Source: Verrucomicrobiota bacterium
GTDB lineage: Bacteria > Verrucomicrobiota > Verrucomicrobiia > Limisphaerales > AAA164-E04
Assembly (NCBI GenBank): GCA_047947115.1
Contig: CP170459.1
Location: 4,128,001-4,192,000 of the forward strand
Reading direction: 5' to 3'
Length of the DNA stretch: 64,000 nucleotides
Of the stretch, positions 41,240 through 52,406 are shown in pieces. The position numbers were made by a program, and so were the translations under genes. The notes under the pieces are model-generated. The model had not been told where the DNA came from and ran no database searches. It worked only from the letters and a program-made list of their open reading frames with translations. Position 1 is the stretch's first letter; every line of letters starts with the position of its first letter.

Positions 41240-44056
41240 TTATTTCTTGGATTTTTTGGCCGCCTTCTTGGCTGTTTTTTTAGCTGTTTTCTTGGCCGCC
41301 TTCTTGGGAGCAGCTGCAGGAGCGTCCTTCAAAGCTGCCTGTGCAGCCGCCAAACGAGCCACGGGCACACGATACGGAGAACAGCTAACGTAGTTCAAAC
41401 CAACCTTGTGGCAGAATTCCACGCTGGAAGGATCTCCTCCATGTTCCCCACAGATACCCAGCTTGATATCCGGGCGTGTGCTGCGTCCTTTGGCGGTGGC
41501 AATTTCCATCAACTGCCCAACACCGGTTTGATCGATGCTGGCAAATGGGTTGGCGTTGACAATTTCCATTTCCTGGTAAGCAGGCAGGAAGCTGCCACTG
41601 TCGTCACGGCTCATTCCCAGGGTTGTCTGGGTCAGATCGTTGGTTCCGAAGCTGAAGAACTGAGCATGATGGGCGATTTGATCGGCGGTCAGAGCGCCGC
41701 GAGGCACCTCAATCATGGTTCCAACCATATAGTTGAACTTCACCTTCTTCTCCTTCGCCACTTCTTTGGCTACGGAGTGAATCACCTCAATCTGCAACTC
41801 AAGTTCACGGTCAAAACCGACCAGCGGCACCATGATTTCCGGGCAGCACTTGATCTTGTTTTTCTTTTGAACATTGGCTGCAGCTTCAAAGATGGCGCGA
41901 GCCTGCATGGCGCTGATTTCGGGGTAAACAACACCCAGACGACAGCCACGATGACCCAGCATCGGATTGAATTCATGCAATTCGTGAACACGTTTGGTGA
42001 TCAGGTCGGCACTCACACCCAGCTTGTCGGCCAGTTGGGACTGCGCTGCGTGATCGTGAGGCAGGAACTCGTGCAAAGGCGGATCCAGCAAGCGAATGGT
42101 CGCAGGCAGGCCTTTGAGAGCTTTGAAAATACCTTCAAAATCTGCACGTTGGAAAGGCAGCAGCTTGTCAAGGGCCTTCTGGCGGTCTTCAATCTTGTCT
42201 GCCAGGATCATTTCACGCACGGCATCGATGCGATCTCCTTCGAAGAACATATGTTCCGTACGAGTCAGTCCGATACCACTTGCTCCAAAGGCAACGGCTG
42301 TGGCGGTTTGATCCGGGGTGTCCGCATTTGTGCGGACATCCAAACGGGTCACTTTCTTGCACCAGCCCATCAGTTCTGAGAAGTTCTGGTAAGTGCGGCT
42401 CTTATTAGGTTTGAGGGATTTCTGCACCAGAACCTGAATCACTTCAGAAGGAGCAGTGTCAACCTTGCCGGCGTAGATGTCTCCTGAAGTGCCGTCGATG
42501 GAGACGAAGTCACCTTCCTTGAAGACGTTTTTTCCGACGGTCATGGTCTTGGCGTGGTAATCAATCTTTAAATCAGCAGCACCACAGACACAAACTTTAC
42601 CCATCTGACGAGCCACCAGCGCGGCATGAGAACTCACACCACCACGAGCGGTCAAAATACCTTCCGCAGCAATCATTCCGCGCAAATCCTCAGGTGAGGT
42701 TTCGACGCGAACCAACAGGACCTTTTCTCCTTTATCGGCAGCTTGAACACAACGATCGGCATTGAAATAAATCTTACCAGTCGCAGCACCAGGTCCGGCA
42801 GGCAGACCGTTGGCAATTTTCGTGGCCTTCCTGATGGCGACGGAGTCAAAAATAGGAGCCAGCACCTGATCCAGCTGTTCAGCCGGAACACGTCCGATGG
42901 CGGTCTTCCAGTCGATCAGTTTTTCCTTCACCATGTCGCAGGCAAGCCGGACAGCGGCGATACCCGTACGCTTCCCGTTTCGGGTCTGAAGCATGTAAAC
43001 TTTGCCTTCCTCGATGGTGAACTCAAAGTCCTGCATGTCTTTGAAGTGAGTCTCAAGGGTCTTGCGGATTTTTTCGAGTTCCGCATAGGCCTTGGGCATA
43101 ACCTTCTTGAGTTCTGCCACGGGCTCCGGTGTGCGGACCCCGGCCACAACATCCTCACCCTGGGCATTGATCAGGAATTCGCCATAGAACACCTTGTCGC
43201 CGTTGGCGGGATCACGGGTAAACGCAACACCTGAACCGGAGTCCTCACCAGTGTTGCCAAACACCATGGCCTGAACGTTGACGGCGGTGCCCCATTCATG
43301 AGGGATGCCGTATTTGCGGCGATAAACCTTGGCTCGGTCATTCATCCAGGAACCGAACACGGCGCCCACAGCACCCTGAAGTTGCTTCCAAGGATCATTT
43401 GGAAATGCTTTTCCGGTGCGTTCCTTGACCAGTTTCTTGAATCGACTGACCAATTCTTTCATTTGCTCGGCGTCCAGACGTGTGTCTTCCACATCGTCTT
43501 CGCCGGGCCAAAGTTCGTTCTTGTAGCCTTCGATCACGGTTTCGAAAGGTTCGTGATCTTCACCAGGACGGCTTTGAACTCCCATGACGACATCGCCATA
43601 CATCTGAATGAATCGGCGATAGCAATCGTAAGCAAAACGTTCATTGCCACTGGCCTTTGCCAATGCCAGAACGGTTTTGTCGTTCAATCCCAGGTTCAGG
43701 ATGGTGTCCATCATGCCGGGCATTGAATCGCGAGCGCCGGAACGGACGGCAACCAGCAAAGGACGGTTTACATCGCCGAATTTGCGGTTGAGGATTTTTT
43801 CCATGTTGAGAACACCGGCCTCGATCTGACCTTGGAGTTCCTTCGGATATTTGCGACCGTTGTCGTAGAAGTAGGTGCAAACTTCCGTCGAGATAGTGAA
43901 TCCCGGAGGCACCGGCAATCCGATGCGAGTCATCTCAGCGAGATTGGCTCCCTTACCCCCGAGGAGTTCCTTCATCTTGCCATTGCCGTCGGCCTTCTTG
44001 TTACCGAACGTGTAAACGTACTTTGTGTTTTTGGTTCCTGATGCTTTTTTAGCCAT
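41240..44056 (-). CDS. ppdK: Pyruvate, phosphate dikinase with a Lys/Ala-rich C-terminal tail
   Basis: [61 protein letters not shown]. Confidence 0.97.
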   Translation of the reverse strand: MAKKASGTKNTKYVYTFGNKKADGNGKMKELLGGKGANLAEMTRIGLPVPPGFTISTEVCTYFYDNGRKYPKELQGQIEAGVLNMEKILNRKFGDVNRPLLVAVRSGARDSMPGMMDTILNLGLNDKTVLALAKASGNERFAYDCYRRFIQMYGDVVMGVQSRPGEDHEPFETVIEGYKNELWPGEDDVEDTRLDAEQMKELVSRFKKLVKERTGKAFPNDPWKQLQGAVGAVFGSWMNDRAKVYRRKYGIPHEWGTAVNVQAMVFGNTGEDSGSGVAFTRDPANGDKVFYGEFLINAQGEDVVAGVRTPEPVAELKKVMPKAYAELEKIRKTLETHFKDMQDFEFTIEEGKVYMLQTRNGKRTGIAAVRLACDMVKEKLIDWKTAIGRVPAEQLDQVLAPIFDSVAIRKATKIANGLPAGPGAATGKIYFNADRCVQAADKGEKVLLVRVETSPEDLRGMIAAEGILTARGGVSSHAALVARQMGKVCVCGAADLKIDYHAKTMTVGKNVFKEGDFVSIDGTSGDIYAGKVDTAPSEVIQVLVQKSLKPNKSRTYQNFSELMGWCKKVTRLDVRTNADTPDQTATAVAFGASGIGLTRTEHMFFEGDRIDAVREMILADKIEDRQKALDKLLPFQRADFEGIFKALKGLPATIRLLDPPLHEFLPHDHAAQSQLADKLGVSADLITKRVHELHEFNPMLGHRGCRLGVVYPEISAMQARAIFEAAANVQKKNKIKCCPEIMVPLVGFDRELELQIEVIHSVAKEVAKEKKVKFNYMVGTMIEVPRGALTADQIAHHAQFFSFGTNDLTQTTLGMSRDDSGSFLPAYQEMEIVNANPFASIDQTGVGQLMEIATAKGRSTRPDIKLGICGEHGGDPSSVEFCHKVGLNYVSCSPYRVPVARLAAAQAALKDAPAAAPKKAAKKTAKKTAKKAAKKSKK

Positions 44057-44158
44057 AATTTTCTTTATGCAGTGAATCTGAAAAAATAGATTGCTGAAGT
44101 CATTCGCCCCGTGCCCCTATGTGACACAAAATGAGCGGGGAAAATATCAGACGTTTCC

Positions 44159-44983
44159 ATGTTGTCAATGTCCGAGTTGAAATCAAAACCTTCCATCATC
44201 ACTCTGACTACCGATTTCGGGACGCAGGACTGGTTTGTCGGCGTGATGAAAGGTGTCATTGCGCGTATCCACCCAAACGCTCATGTCATCGACATCACCC
44301 ATCACATCACGCCCGGGTCCATCCGGCAAGGAGCATTCGTTTTCAGCCAGTCCCACCTGTGGTTTCCCAAAGGAACCATTCATGTCGTTGTGGTGGATCC
44401 CGGAGTTGGAACTTCCCGCAAAGCCATTGTTTTGAAGACCCATCATGGATACTGCATCGGGCCGGACAATGGAGTGTTCTCCTGGGCCCTCGACGAGAAT
44501 CGGGTGGATGGTGTATTTGAAATTCGTCCGGATAAACTGAATCAGGAGACGAGCCAGACGTTCCATGGTCGCGATCTCTTTGCGCCTGCTGCAGCAAAAT
44601 TGGCCAGGGGCGAGGATCTTTACGACTGGACCATTCCATGCCAGGATTTCCAAAGGCTCAATTACCCTGCCCCTCAAATCAATCGGAGGGAGATAACCGG
44701 TGAGATTCTTTACACAGATCGATTCGGCAATATGGTTACCAATCTGCCTTCAGCTCAAATCACTCCCATTTCAGATAGGTTTACCTTACGGAAAAATCAG
44801 GAAACCGAACCGGAACCGACAGGAATCTTCCAGACCTACGGACTGGCACCACCCGGCAGGCGATCACTGATCACCGGATCAAACGGGTATCTGGAATGGG
44901 CCGTCCCCAACGGCAACGCCGCCCTGTCCTGCGGATGGAAAGAGGGAGACCTCTTCCACCTTATCCCGTTACGAAAGTGTTGA
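44159..44983 (+). CDS. DUF62 SAM hydrolase / SAM-dependent halogenase family protein
   Basis: TLTTDFG, VVVDPGVG, GPDNG, TFHGRDLFAP, DRFGN. Confidence 0.9.
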   Translation: MLSMSELKSKPSIITLTTDFGTQDWFVGVMKGVIARIHPNAHVIDITHHITPGSIRQGAFVFSQSHLWFPKGTIHVVVVDPGVGTSRKAIVLKTHHGYCIGPDNGVFSWALDENRVDGVFEIRPDKLNQETSQTFHGRDLFAPAAAKLARGEDLYDWTIPCQDFQRLNYPAPQINRREITGEILYTDRFGNMVTNLPSAQITPISDRFTLRKNQETEPEPTGIFQTYGLAPPGRRSLITGSNGYLEWAVPNGNAALSCGWKEGDLFHLIPLRKC

Positions 44984-45000
44984 AGGGGGATGATCTTCCA

Positions 45001-45948
45001 CTACCCGACACCGGGCCGGAAGGTGGATTCTTTACGCAGTTGCTGCCAGAGTTCCGTTTCCCGCTCATTCAGCGTCGTCGGGCATTCCACCTTCAACTGG
45101 ACAAACAAATCACCCACGCGGTCAGAACCAATCGGCAAGCCCTTCGACTTAAGGCGGAGCTTCTGACCATTCTGGCTACCCGCCGGAATGCGAATCTGGA
45201 CGCCTCCACCAATCAAGGGAACACGAATTTCGCTTCCCAGGACAAGATCCCATGGTGCCAGGGAAGCTTCAAAATGAAGATTTCCCTGTTCCACGGTAAA
45301 ATCGGGATGCTTGGCAAATCTTACCCGTAAAAAGAGATCTCCTGCCTGGCTGCCCCCCTGCCCCATCTCACCCTTTCCGGCTAACCTCAGCTTTTGCCCA
45401 TCGGAAACGCCTTTCGGGATCTTCACTTTGAATGTCTGCACATCGCCGGCTCCATTCCGGTTCTGAACTGAAATGGAACGGATGGACCCATTGGCCACTT
45501 CCTCCAATGTCACAAGGATATCCGCTTGCACATCCGCGCCTCGAGCTTGCCTGGCCGCTCCTGGCCCCCGGCCTCCGCCAAAAGGACTGTGACCGCGCCC
45601 ACCGCCAAAAAACTGTTCAAAAAAGTCGCTGAATCCTGTGCCACCAAAATTGAAATCAAAGTCAGGCTGACCTCCGCGAAATCCTCCACCCTGCCATCCA
45701 GGAGGTGGCCTGAAACCGCCACCCTGCTTCCAGTTTGCCCCCAACGTGTCGTATTTCTGACGCTTATCCGGATCGCTCAATACCTCATAAGCCTCATTGA
45801 TCTCTTTGAACTTTTCCTCCGCCTTGGGGTCATTGCCCGCCACGTCGGGATGGTACTGACGCGCCAATTTACGAAAGGACGATTTGATCTCATCCTTTCC
45901 GGCCCCCTTGGTGACGCCCAAAATTTTGTAGTAATCTTTGTAGTCCAC
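45001..45948 (-). CDS. DnaJ class B co-chaperone (CbpA-like, no zinc finger)
   Basis: J domain with HPD, G/F linker and C-terminal domain; no CxxCxGxG repeats. Confidence 0.9.
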   Translation of the reverse strand: MDYKDYYKILGVTKGAGKDEIKSSFRKLARQYHPDVAGNDPKAEEKFKEINEAYEVLSDPDKRQKYDTLGANWKQGGGFRPPPGWQGGGFRGGQPDFDFNFGGTGFSDFFEQFFGGGRGHSPFGGGRGPGAARQARGADVQADILVTLEEVANGSIRSISVQNRNGAGDVQTFKVKIPKGVSDGQKLRLAGKGEMGQGGSQAGDLFLRVRFAKHPDFTVEQGNLHFEASLAPWDLVLGSEIRVPLIGGGVQIRIPAGSQNGQKLRLKSKGLPIGSDRVGDLFVQLKVECPTTLNERETELWQQLRKESTFRPGVG

Positions 45949-46107
45949 GTTCCACTCTCTGCAACAACCTGACGCAGACGAAAAAGAAAATCAATAGTGT
46001 GGTTTCATGCTGCGCAACGATTGGGGTGATGCCCATGTCGGGCAAACAGATGCCGACATCACCCGGAGCAGGGAGACGGTTTTAGAGTGTTTTGACAAAT
46101 CAGGGAA

Positions 46108-47670
46108 TCACTCACCCATTGTGACAGCGATGAAAAATACCTCATGCTCGTCAACGGCCAGATTACGCTGGATGATTCCACCATCCCCTGTCACTTCGTC
46201 AGAAATTTTAAGTGCCTTTATATCTGATCCCGTCATGAGTTGATAGTTCCTGCCTTCTTCGGATTGCCAGCTGACAGAAACTTCTCCTCTATCCCGACGC
46301 TCGATTTGCAGTGAGAACGGATTTGGTTTTACTACAGGAATGGGTGCTGCATTTAAATCCAGAATTCCCGCATGAACCGATCGAACAGGCGTTGAAAGTT
46401 CTCTGTCAACCAGCACGTCTTCGAAGACAATGACAAAGGTCCCATCTTCGCGCGCTGCAATTTCCGGATGAACCATACTGGCGGCTTGAGACGAAACCAC
46501 ATCGAACCATTCAACGTTGCCGGGCTCCAGTGTTTGATCCAGTGAGCCAACACGCAAACTGGCATTTTGCTTGGATGGGTCTCCATAAGCCACGACCAGA
46601 CGTCGCTCCCAAGTGGTGGTCGCGCTGACTTTCACCGCCCAATCGATGGGGAATCCGGGCAATACCCCCCAATTAACAACCTGGAAACCGTCCTTGGTAA
46701 TATATCGGGAACCCAGAACAGTCGAATAATCAGCATCATCACCACGCATTTGCCAAAACGGGAGCAAAATGAAATATCCCCTGCCGTCTACCATTTCAAT
46801 GCTTGGGGGAAGATAATCATCCGATTCCGCGACAGGCCTGGCAAGCTGCCTGCTGTAAGTTTTCAGGCGGTCTTCCGATGAAACCTCAGCCGTACTCATC
46901 GTCACGTAGGACTCCTTCGTCAGGTCCGGCAAATCAAGAAAGGACCGTTCCAGCCATCCCACGACAAAGGAGTCATCTTCATCCATAGCCAGATCCACCA
47001 TGGAATGTGTTTCAAATTCAGACCATGACTTCTTGTTCAACTTGATCGGTTCGCCGCGAGGGCTTAAGTCTTTTGAGAACCTCTGAGCCATCACGTTGGA
47101 TGGCCCGAAAGCCGATTCACTGTAAGCCCAGGCAATGACAAAGCCGCGATCCGTTGTCACCTCCACATCGAAATCCGCCAAATCAAGACCTCCCACAACA
47201 AAGTGGATTTGTTCCACATGCTCATGTTGCACAATCAACTGGCCGGACGAATCAAATCGACTGGCAAACAAACTAAACTCGTAGGACGTTGCACCCTCAC
47301 CGACTTCGGGTGCATACTCCATCCAGAAACAGGAAAAGTTCCCCTGATCATCCATTACCACTCTGGAAGATACATCGAGAGGAAGAGGTCGGTCGGGGGC
47401 GTTGATTTCAAGTGATGAAGACAAAGGCTGCCCATTGGAATCATAAAGCCGGGCTTTCCAAGGACGCCTTGGACCCTTCACGTCGCGGTCCTCGTCAGGT
47501 GGCAAGTAATCATACCAAGTCACCACATATGAACCTTTTTTGGAAAGAGCCAACTGTGGGCGAAATGCGTTATCGGCGACCAGACTATCTTTGATGACAA
47601 AATTATTCGACTGAGCATTTGCCTTCAAATGCCCTAATGAACACATCCATAAGATTAGAATGGTCCGCAT
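46108..47670 (-). CDS. Secreted beta-repeat protein with a C-terminal F[YF]x domain
   Basis: Signal-like N-terminus at 47670; repeats of MD..G.FVVxW...ARxF(D/S)..G; paralog of 48063..49544. Confidence 0.7.
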   Translation of the reverse strand: MRTILILWMCSLGHLKANAQSNNFVIKDSLVADNAFRPQLALSKKGSYVVTWYDYLPPDEDRDVKGPRRPWKARLYDSNGQPLSSSLEINAPDRPLPLDVSSRVVMDDQGNFSCFWMEYAPEVGEGATSYEFSLFASRFDSSGQLIVQHEHVEQIHFVVGGLDLADFDVEVTTDRGFVIAWAYSESAFGPSNVMAQRFSKDLSPRGEPIKLNKKSWSEFETHSMVDLAMDEDDSFVVGWLERSFLDLPDLTKESYVTMSTAEVSSEDRLKTYSRQLARPVAESDDYLPPSIEMVDGRGYFILLPFWQMRGDDADYSTVLGSRYITKDGFQVVNWGVLPGFPIDWAVKVSATTTWERRLVVAYGDPSKQNASLRVGSLDQTLEPGNVEWFDVVSSQAASMVHPEIAAREDGTFVIVFEDVLVDRELSTPVRSVHAGILDLNAAPIPVVKPNPFSLQIERRDRGEVSVSWQSEEGRNYQLMTGSDIKALKISDEVTGDGGIIQRNLAVDEHEVFFIAVTMGE

Positions 47671-48062
47671 CGGATGGATGGGACGTCTCCCAATTGGGGC
47701 AAAAAGCAATAATCGACAAATATGTGCCAAAGAGCAATGGCAAGTATCTTGGAAGAAGGGAGTACATTGCATGCAGTATGATCAGCATTATTCCTGCCAA
47801 AAGAAATGATTTCTCTTAAAAACTTTTTGCTTTATTCAGTTCAGCAAAAGGCCAATTAAACCGCCCGATAGCTTGCAAACCGCCACACCTGAACAACACC
47901 TTATCTACATAAACTTTTAACCTTCACTCACTAATTTGGTACTATTTATGCTGAAAAAACCACATGATCCCCTACATGAAAAGTAACTGCTTTTTACGCC
48001 TCATTCACTCGTTGCATTTGTTTGCGGGGTTTTTTAAACATCATGGCATTCCCAAACAACCA

Positions 48063-49544
48063 ATGCATCGAGCCGTAAAGCCATTATCATTGTTTGTCAT
48101 CTGCCTGATGATTATCAGCACGCAGATCCATGAAGCCCAGATACAACCATTCCAAGTGACCGATACCGGAGTGAGCAAGACGATTGCGGTTAGTCATACA
48201 GGCGAGTTCATGGTGACCTGGACAAGAGGCGTCCCAGGCGCAGGTAATCCGTTGCCCATCTACTCGCCCTTCAGCCAATACGGTCGCGTCTTCAACTCTG
48301 ATGGCACACCCAAGTCATCGGAATTCAAAATCAGCGACGACGGGACACATACGCTGGTAAAGACGGATGAACGAGGAAACTACACCTGTTTCTGGCCAAG
48401 CTCAGGCTTCTCTCGACGCATATTCATGAGACGATACGATGCCAATGGTGTGGCGAGAACCAGTGCAGAAAGCATCATCACCAGCGGTAACACGACAACG
48501 TTCGATGCAGACATGATGCCTGATGGCAGATTTGTGGTGGCCTGGAGTGAAAATGACGGAAGCATCTTTAACGGAAGCTCCATTGTTTATGCTCAAAAAT
48601 TTGACTCACGAGGTAGAAAGGAAGGCTCCGTCATACGAGTGACCCCTGAAGATAATGAATCACCGTCCATGGTGAGCGTCAGCATGGACGAAGAGGGTGG
48701 CTTTGCAATTGCCTGGCTGCTGCGCACATTCCCTCCTTTTCCAGCCATCGAGAAGCACATCGCTTTGAAAGTCGCAACCTTCGATGCCGATGGAAATGTT
48801 CTGACAACCCAGGTGGCCATGGAAGAGCGAATTGAAGGCATCCATGAGCATTTGCCTCCCGTGATCAAAAAGACATCCAAGGACGGTTGGATCGTGCTGA
48901 CCACCCACACTGAAAGATTGATTGGCCCGGAAGTTCTCGTTGCCAAAATTGAAGGAGCGTATCAGAAAACTGCGGACACCCCAATGCAACATCTATCCCT
49001 CCCTGTTTCCACCACTTATGGTGGGATCAATGGATTCAACCTAGCACGGACACAGGATGGGCGAATGGTGCTGAACGTCGCCGGGTTGAGCTCAGAACCT
49101 GATGTCCCCCATTATGCAATATTTGAGGACTCACTTCCTCTGCTGGCTGATTTCCACCCGATCCAGGAAGAATCCATACCTTCACTGAACCCCATGCTCA
49201 TCACATCGATTGCAGCCCACCCAGAAGGTACGTTCATCTATACAGCCACTTACTATCCACCAGGATTTCCTGATAATGCCTATTATGCGGTCAAGGCTGG
49301 GGTCATCAGGCCGCCGTCAGAAAACCAAAACACCGCTCCCACCCCTTTTCTCAACTGGAATTCCTCAGGCAAACTGGATTTGAATTTTGAAAGCGATGAA
49401 GGGAAAACCTACCAATTAGTGAGAGGTTCGCAGCTGGACTCCATGAAAGAATCCGAACTCATCGAAGGCACTGGGACGACCGTAACGCTTACCATTAGTC
49501 CGGAACAAAGTACTGAGTTCTTCTCAATCGTCCAAAAGGAATGA
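48063..49544 (+). CDS. Secreted beta-repeat protein with a C-terminal F[YF]x domain
   Basis: Signal-like N-terminus; repeats G.F.V.W...R.FD..G; paralog of 46108..47670. Confidence 0.7.
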   Translation: MHRAVKPLSLFVICLMIISTQIHEAQIQPFQVTDTGVSKTIAVSHTGEFMVTWTRGVPGAGNPLPIYSPFSQYGRVFNSDGTPKSSEFKISDDGTHTLVKTDERGNYTCFWPSSGFSRRIFMRRYDANGVARTSAESIITSGNTTTFDADMMPDGRFVVAWSENDGSIFNGSSIVYAQKFDSRGRKEGSVIRVTPEDNESPSMVSVSMDEEGGFAIAWLLRTFPPFPAIEKHIALKVATFDADGNVLTTQVAMEERIEGIHEHLPPVIKKTSKDGWIVLTTHTERLIGPEVLVAKIEGAYQKTADTPMQHLSLPVSTTYGGINGFNLARTQDGRMVLNVAGLSSEPDVPHYAIFEDSLPLLADFHPIQEESIPSLNPMLITSIAAHPEGTFIYTATYYPPGFPDNAYYAVKAGVIRPPSENQNTAPTPFLNWNSSGKLDLNFESDEGKTYQLVRGSQLDSMKESELIEGTGTTVTLTISPEQSTEFFSIVQKE

Positions 49545-49545
49545 A

Positions 49546-49872
49546 TCACTCCCGAAGGGGCGGCAGGTGTTCAACGCCATAATCCAATAGCAGAAAAAAG
49601 GCACTGAAACAGGTCTCAGGGCTCTCTGGTTTGAGTGCTTCTTTAACAAGGGGGATGAACTGTTCAGGTTTGTCCTCCATGCCCATGAGGAGATGGATGG
49701 ATGCAAGCACGTCTCCCGGCTGACCTGAGGTAAATCCGTATTCAATCAACGCCAGCAGGTTTTGTTGTTCCTCACTTCCTTTTAATTCTTTCCGAACAGT
49801 TGAAACGCTGGCGCCATTCTCCCAATTCAACATAGATTCACTCGAGAGCAACTTAGGTTCTTCAATTCCCAA
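49546..49872 (-). CDS. Hypothetical protein or gene remnant
   Basis: 108-aa helical-looking ORF with a TTG start and no recognisable family. Confidence 0.35.
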   Translation of the reverse strand: MGIEEPKLLSSESMLNWENGASVSTVRKELKGSEEQQNLLALIEYGFTSGQPGDVLASIHLLMGMEDKPEQFIPLVKEALKPESPETCFSAFFLLLDYGVEHLPPLRE

Positions 49873-50039
49873 ACTTTTTGTCGAACGCGATTGGCATGCC
49901 TCCAGTCACTCAGCCCCAACCACAAACCAAGCAGCAAAAGAGGGGCTGCGACGATCTTTAAAAGGAATTTTATTTTCCATTTTCGACTGGGCATGAGCGC
50001 ATTATATCATATCATGCATCCAACACAATCGATATAATC

Positions 50040-50426
50040 ATGTCTAACACTCCAGCATTCAAAGCCGCATATCCTTATCAAAAAGCAATTCTTGCCCTGC
50101 CCGTCATCGATATTGACGAGGCGGCCAATTGGTATTCAAAGCACTTTGGCATGTCCGAAGTGGCACGAACATCCGCACCAGAACCGACGATTATACTCGA
50201 ACGGGATGGCGTTCAAATCGGGTTTGCCATAAACGGAGGCGATGCATCACAGGACGGCGCAGCCATCCTGGTGAATAACATTCAGGGAATGAAAGAGGAG
50301 CTGGAATTGACCGGACTGAAAACGGGCAATTCAAGAATCGATGAACGTGAAGGTAAAAAATTCCAGGTCTTCTTCGTCGTAGCTCCCGATGGATTGTGCT
50401 ATTACTTCCACGAACCGATTGAATAA
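50040..50426 (+). CDS. VOC/glyoxalase family protein
   Basis: LPVIDIDEAANWYSKHFG; FFVVAPDGLCYYF. Confidence 0.82.
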   Translation: MSNTPAFKAAYPYQKAILALPVIDIDEAANWYSKHFGMSEVARTSAPEPTIILERDGVQIGFAINGGDASQDGAAILVNNIQGMKEELELTGLKTGNSRIDEREGKKFQVFFVVAPDGLCYYFHEPIE

Positions 50427-50552
50427 TTCGAACCAACCCAAGCAGTCCTCATGTCAACCGAATGACGGTCAACTGAAGACGGCGAATCCTTGAAACATAG
50501 GGTCGCTTGGGGACTGCGGCGTTTCAAGACGCCTGCTCAGGATTCATACTGC

Positions 50553-52406
50553 CTATTCCAAAACAACTCGGAAAAACTTGTTGCTCGAATCGGCGGACTC
50601 TGAATGCGGGCTCGTTGCGCCTGCTACGTCACTCCATGAACTTGGATCAGACAGATCAACGGTGGATTGCAGTTTGACACCCCCAGACTCCCAGCTTACC
50701 GAGACGGTTCCATTCAAGTTTTGAGCCGAGATGAAAACGCTCAGATCCGCCGGCAACTCGGGAGGAGTGGGCGCTTTGGCCTGCGTCAAACCTTTCCCAT
50801 CCAATCCGGCCTCGTAAATCCCGACAATTTCCTCCGAAGCAAGTGCCCGGGCCCAGAAGCCGAAATCATCCATCCTCCCTGCCCAGAACCCCGGGTCCGC
50901 CTCCAATGGCAGGTTAAAACCATCCGGATCCATCAAAGCCCCAATGGAAATAAACTCATTTCGCCCTCCGTTCACTCCATCGGTCGTATCCAACGAAGCC
51001 ACCAAATGACCATTCAAATACAATCGAGCCTGCCCGCCGGATTGTAATTCGGGATCGAAATCTTCCAAGACGTAGGCCACATGCTGCCAGGAGCGCGTGG
51101 GAAACATTTCGGAATGGCTGATAACGGATACATCACCGTTCTTGGTGCGTGCGCTCCCCTCCAGATGTTCTCCGTCAGGCGTCAGGGCCATTCTGAATTG
51201 TCTTGGGTTGGTCCCTTCGGCTCCGTGCACAGCAATCACGGCTCCATCCAGCAAAGTGTCCGCCCAAACCCAGGCTGCAACTGTGATGCTGTCCGGAGAC
51301 GGGGTTGGATAGCCGGGAACGACTACCCACTGTTCATCAGCCGGACCACCAAATGCCAGTGCCCCGCCAACTTGTCCTTTTACCCATTGGGTGTTTCCTG
51401 AAAAATTGACCAGTTCGCCAACACCGCCATCATATTCAAAATTGTCCGGTACGGGAGCCGACTGACTGGCTGTGGTTCCAGAGGTTTCATCGAACTTCCA
51501 ATGCCCGATCAAATCTTCACTCACATCAAATGCGGGCAAACTCGACCGATCACCGGGGTCGCTTCCCTTGGCCACTTCAAAACCGTCCCCGGATCCGTCT
51601 CGATCCGTGTCAATCTTATTCGGATTGGTGCCCGTGTCGTTTGAGCTGATGAATTTTCCTGAATTGGATTCCACCGAATCACCAAGTACGTCATGATCAG
51701 AATCAACGTTCAATGGGTTGGTTCCACGGTCGTCTGCACTGCGCCAGACGCCTGTTCCGGATTCGACAAGATCGGACAGTCCATCCCCGTCCGTATCGGG
51801 ATTTACCGGATCCGTTTTGCGTTCAAACTCAGCCAGATTGCTCACCCCATCCTCATCGGCGTCACCGTCGGCGTCGTCGGCATCTGGGTTCAGTCCGTTT
51901 GCTTCCTCAAAAAAGTCGGGCATTCCGTCCCCATCCCTGTCGGACAGCTCCGCCTGTTTGGGTTCCAGAACGATGCGATCATATATGTGCTCGATATCAC
52001 TTCCGGCCTGGCAACTGACAAAAATGTGCCATTCCGTATCGTCCCCAAAGACTTCATCGAATGAAGTCCCGGCATCCGCCCATTTACCGGAATTGGAAAA
52101 TGTTGTCTCGACAAAATCCATATCCATCACCCCTGAAATCTCATAGGACCACCCCTCGGCATCTGCGGCAATTTTCACGATGCAACCATCGGTGAAGGAT
52201 TCCAGATCCAGGTCTCCATCGTCAAAAAAGTGATCCGAAGCCCCTCCTCCGTTGCGGTCTCCGGCAACCAGGCCAAATCCGTTGGCACTGGCCGTTCTCG
52301 ATTCCTGACCGAAGAACGTCAGTCCAAAATTATTGGCAGCACGATAAAAAGCTCCATTGTTGCCCCCCGCACCCATGAACAAGCCATTCGCAGAAGGTCT
52401 GATCAT
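50553..52406 (-). CDS. LamG-like jellyroll protein with DxDxDG Ca-binding repeats and a C-terminal FFR domain; apparently N-terminally truncated
   Basis: DRDGDGMPD/DTDGDGLSD repeats, GHWKFDE, WQHVA, LYLNG, GRMDDFGFWARAL; no signal peptide; in-frame stop at 52440-52442. Confidence 0.75.
   Translation of the reverse strand: MIRPSANGLFMGAGGNNGAFYRAANNFGLTFFGQESRTASANGFGLVAGDRNGGGASDHFFDDGDLDLESFTDGCIVKIAADAEGWSYEISGVMDMDFVETTFSNSGKWADAGTSFDEVFGDDTEWHIFVSCQAGSDIEHIYDRIVLEPKQAELSDRDGDGMPDFFEEANGLNPDADDADGDADEDGVSNLAEFERKTDPVNPDTDGDGLSDLVESGTGVWRSADDRGTNPLNVDSDHDVLGDSVESNSGKFISSNDTGTNPNKIDTDRDGSGDGFEVAKGSDPGDRSSLPAFDVSEDLIGHWKFDETSGTTASQSAPVPDNFEYDGGVGELVNFSGNTQWVKGQVGGALAFGGPADEQWVVVPGYPTPSPDSITVAAWVWADTLLDGAVIAVHGAEGTNPRQFRMALTPDGEHLEGSARTKNGDVSVISHSEMFPTRSWQHVAYVLEDFDPELQSGGQARLYLNGHLVASLDTTDGVNGGRNEFISIGALMDPDGFNLPLEADPGFWAGRMDDFGFWARALASEEIVGIYEAGLDGKGLTQAKAPTPPELPADLSVFISAQNLNGTVSVSWESGGVKLQSTVDLSDPSSWSDVAGATSPHSESADSSNKFFRVVLE

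Noticed and set aside
20105..42379. Long antisense ORFs (20105..21226, 30774..31796, 32279..33049, 41408..42379)
   Set aside because: They are shadow ORFs opposite well-supported genes and carry no recognisable motifs.
44159..44983. Fluorinase/chlorinase natural-product pathway
   Set aside because: No biosynthetic cluster is nearby, and the TFHGRD motif is typical of the widespread DUF62 SAM hydrolases.
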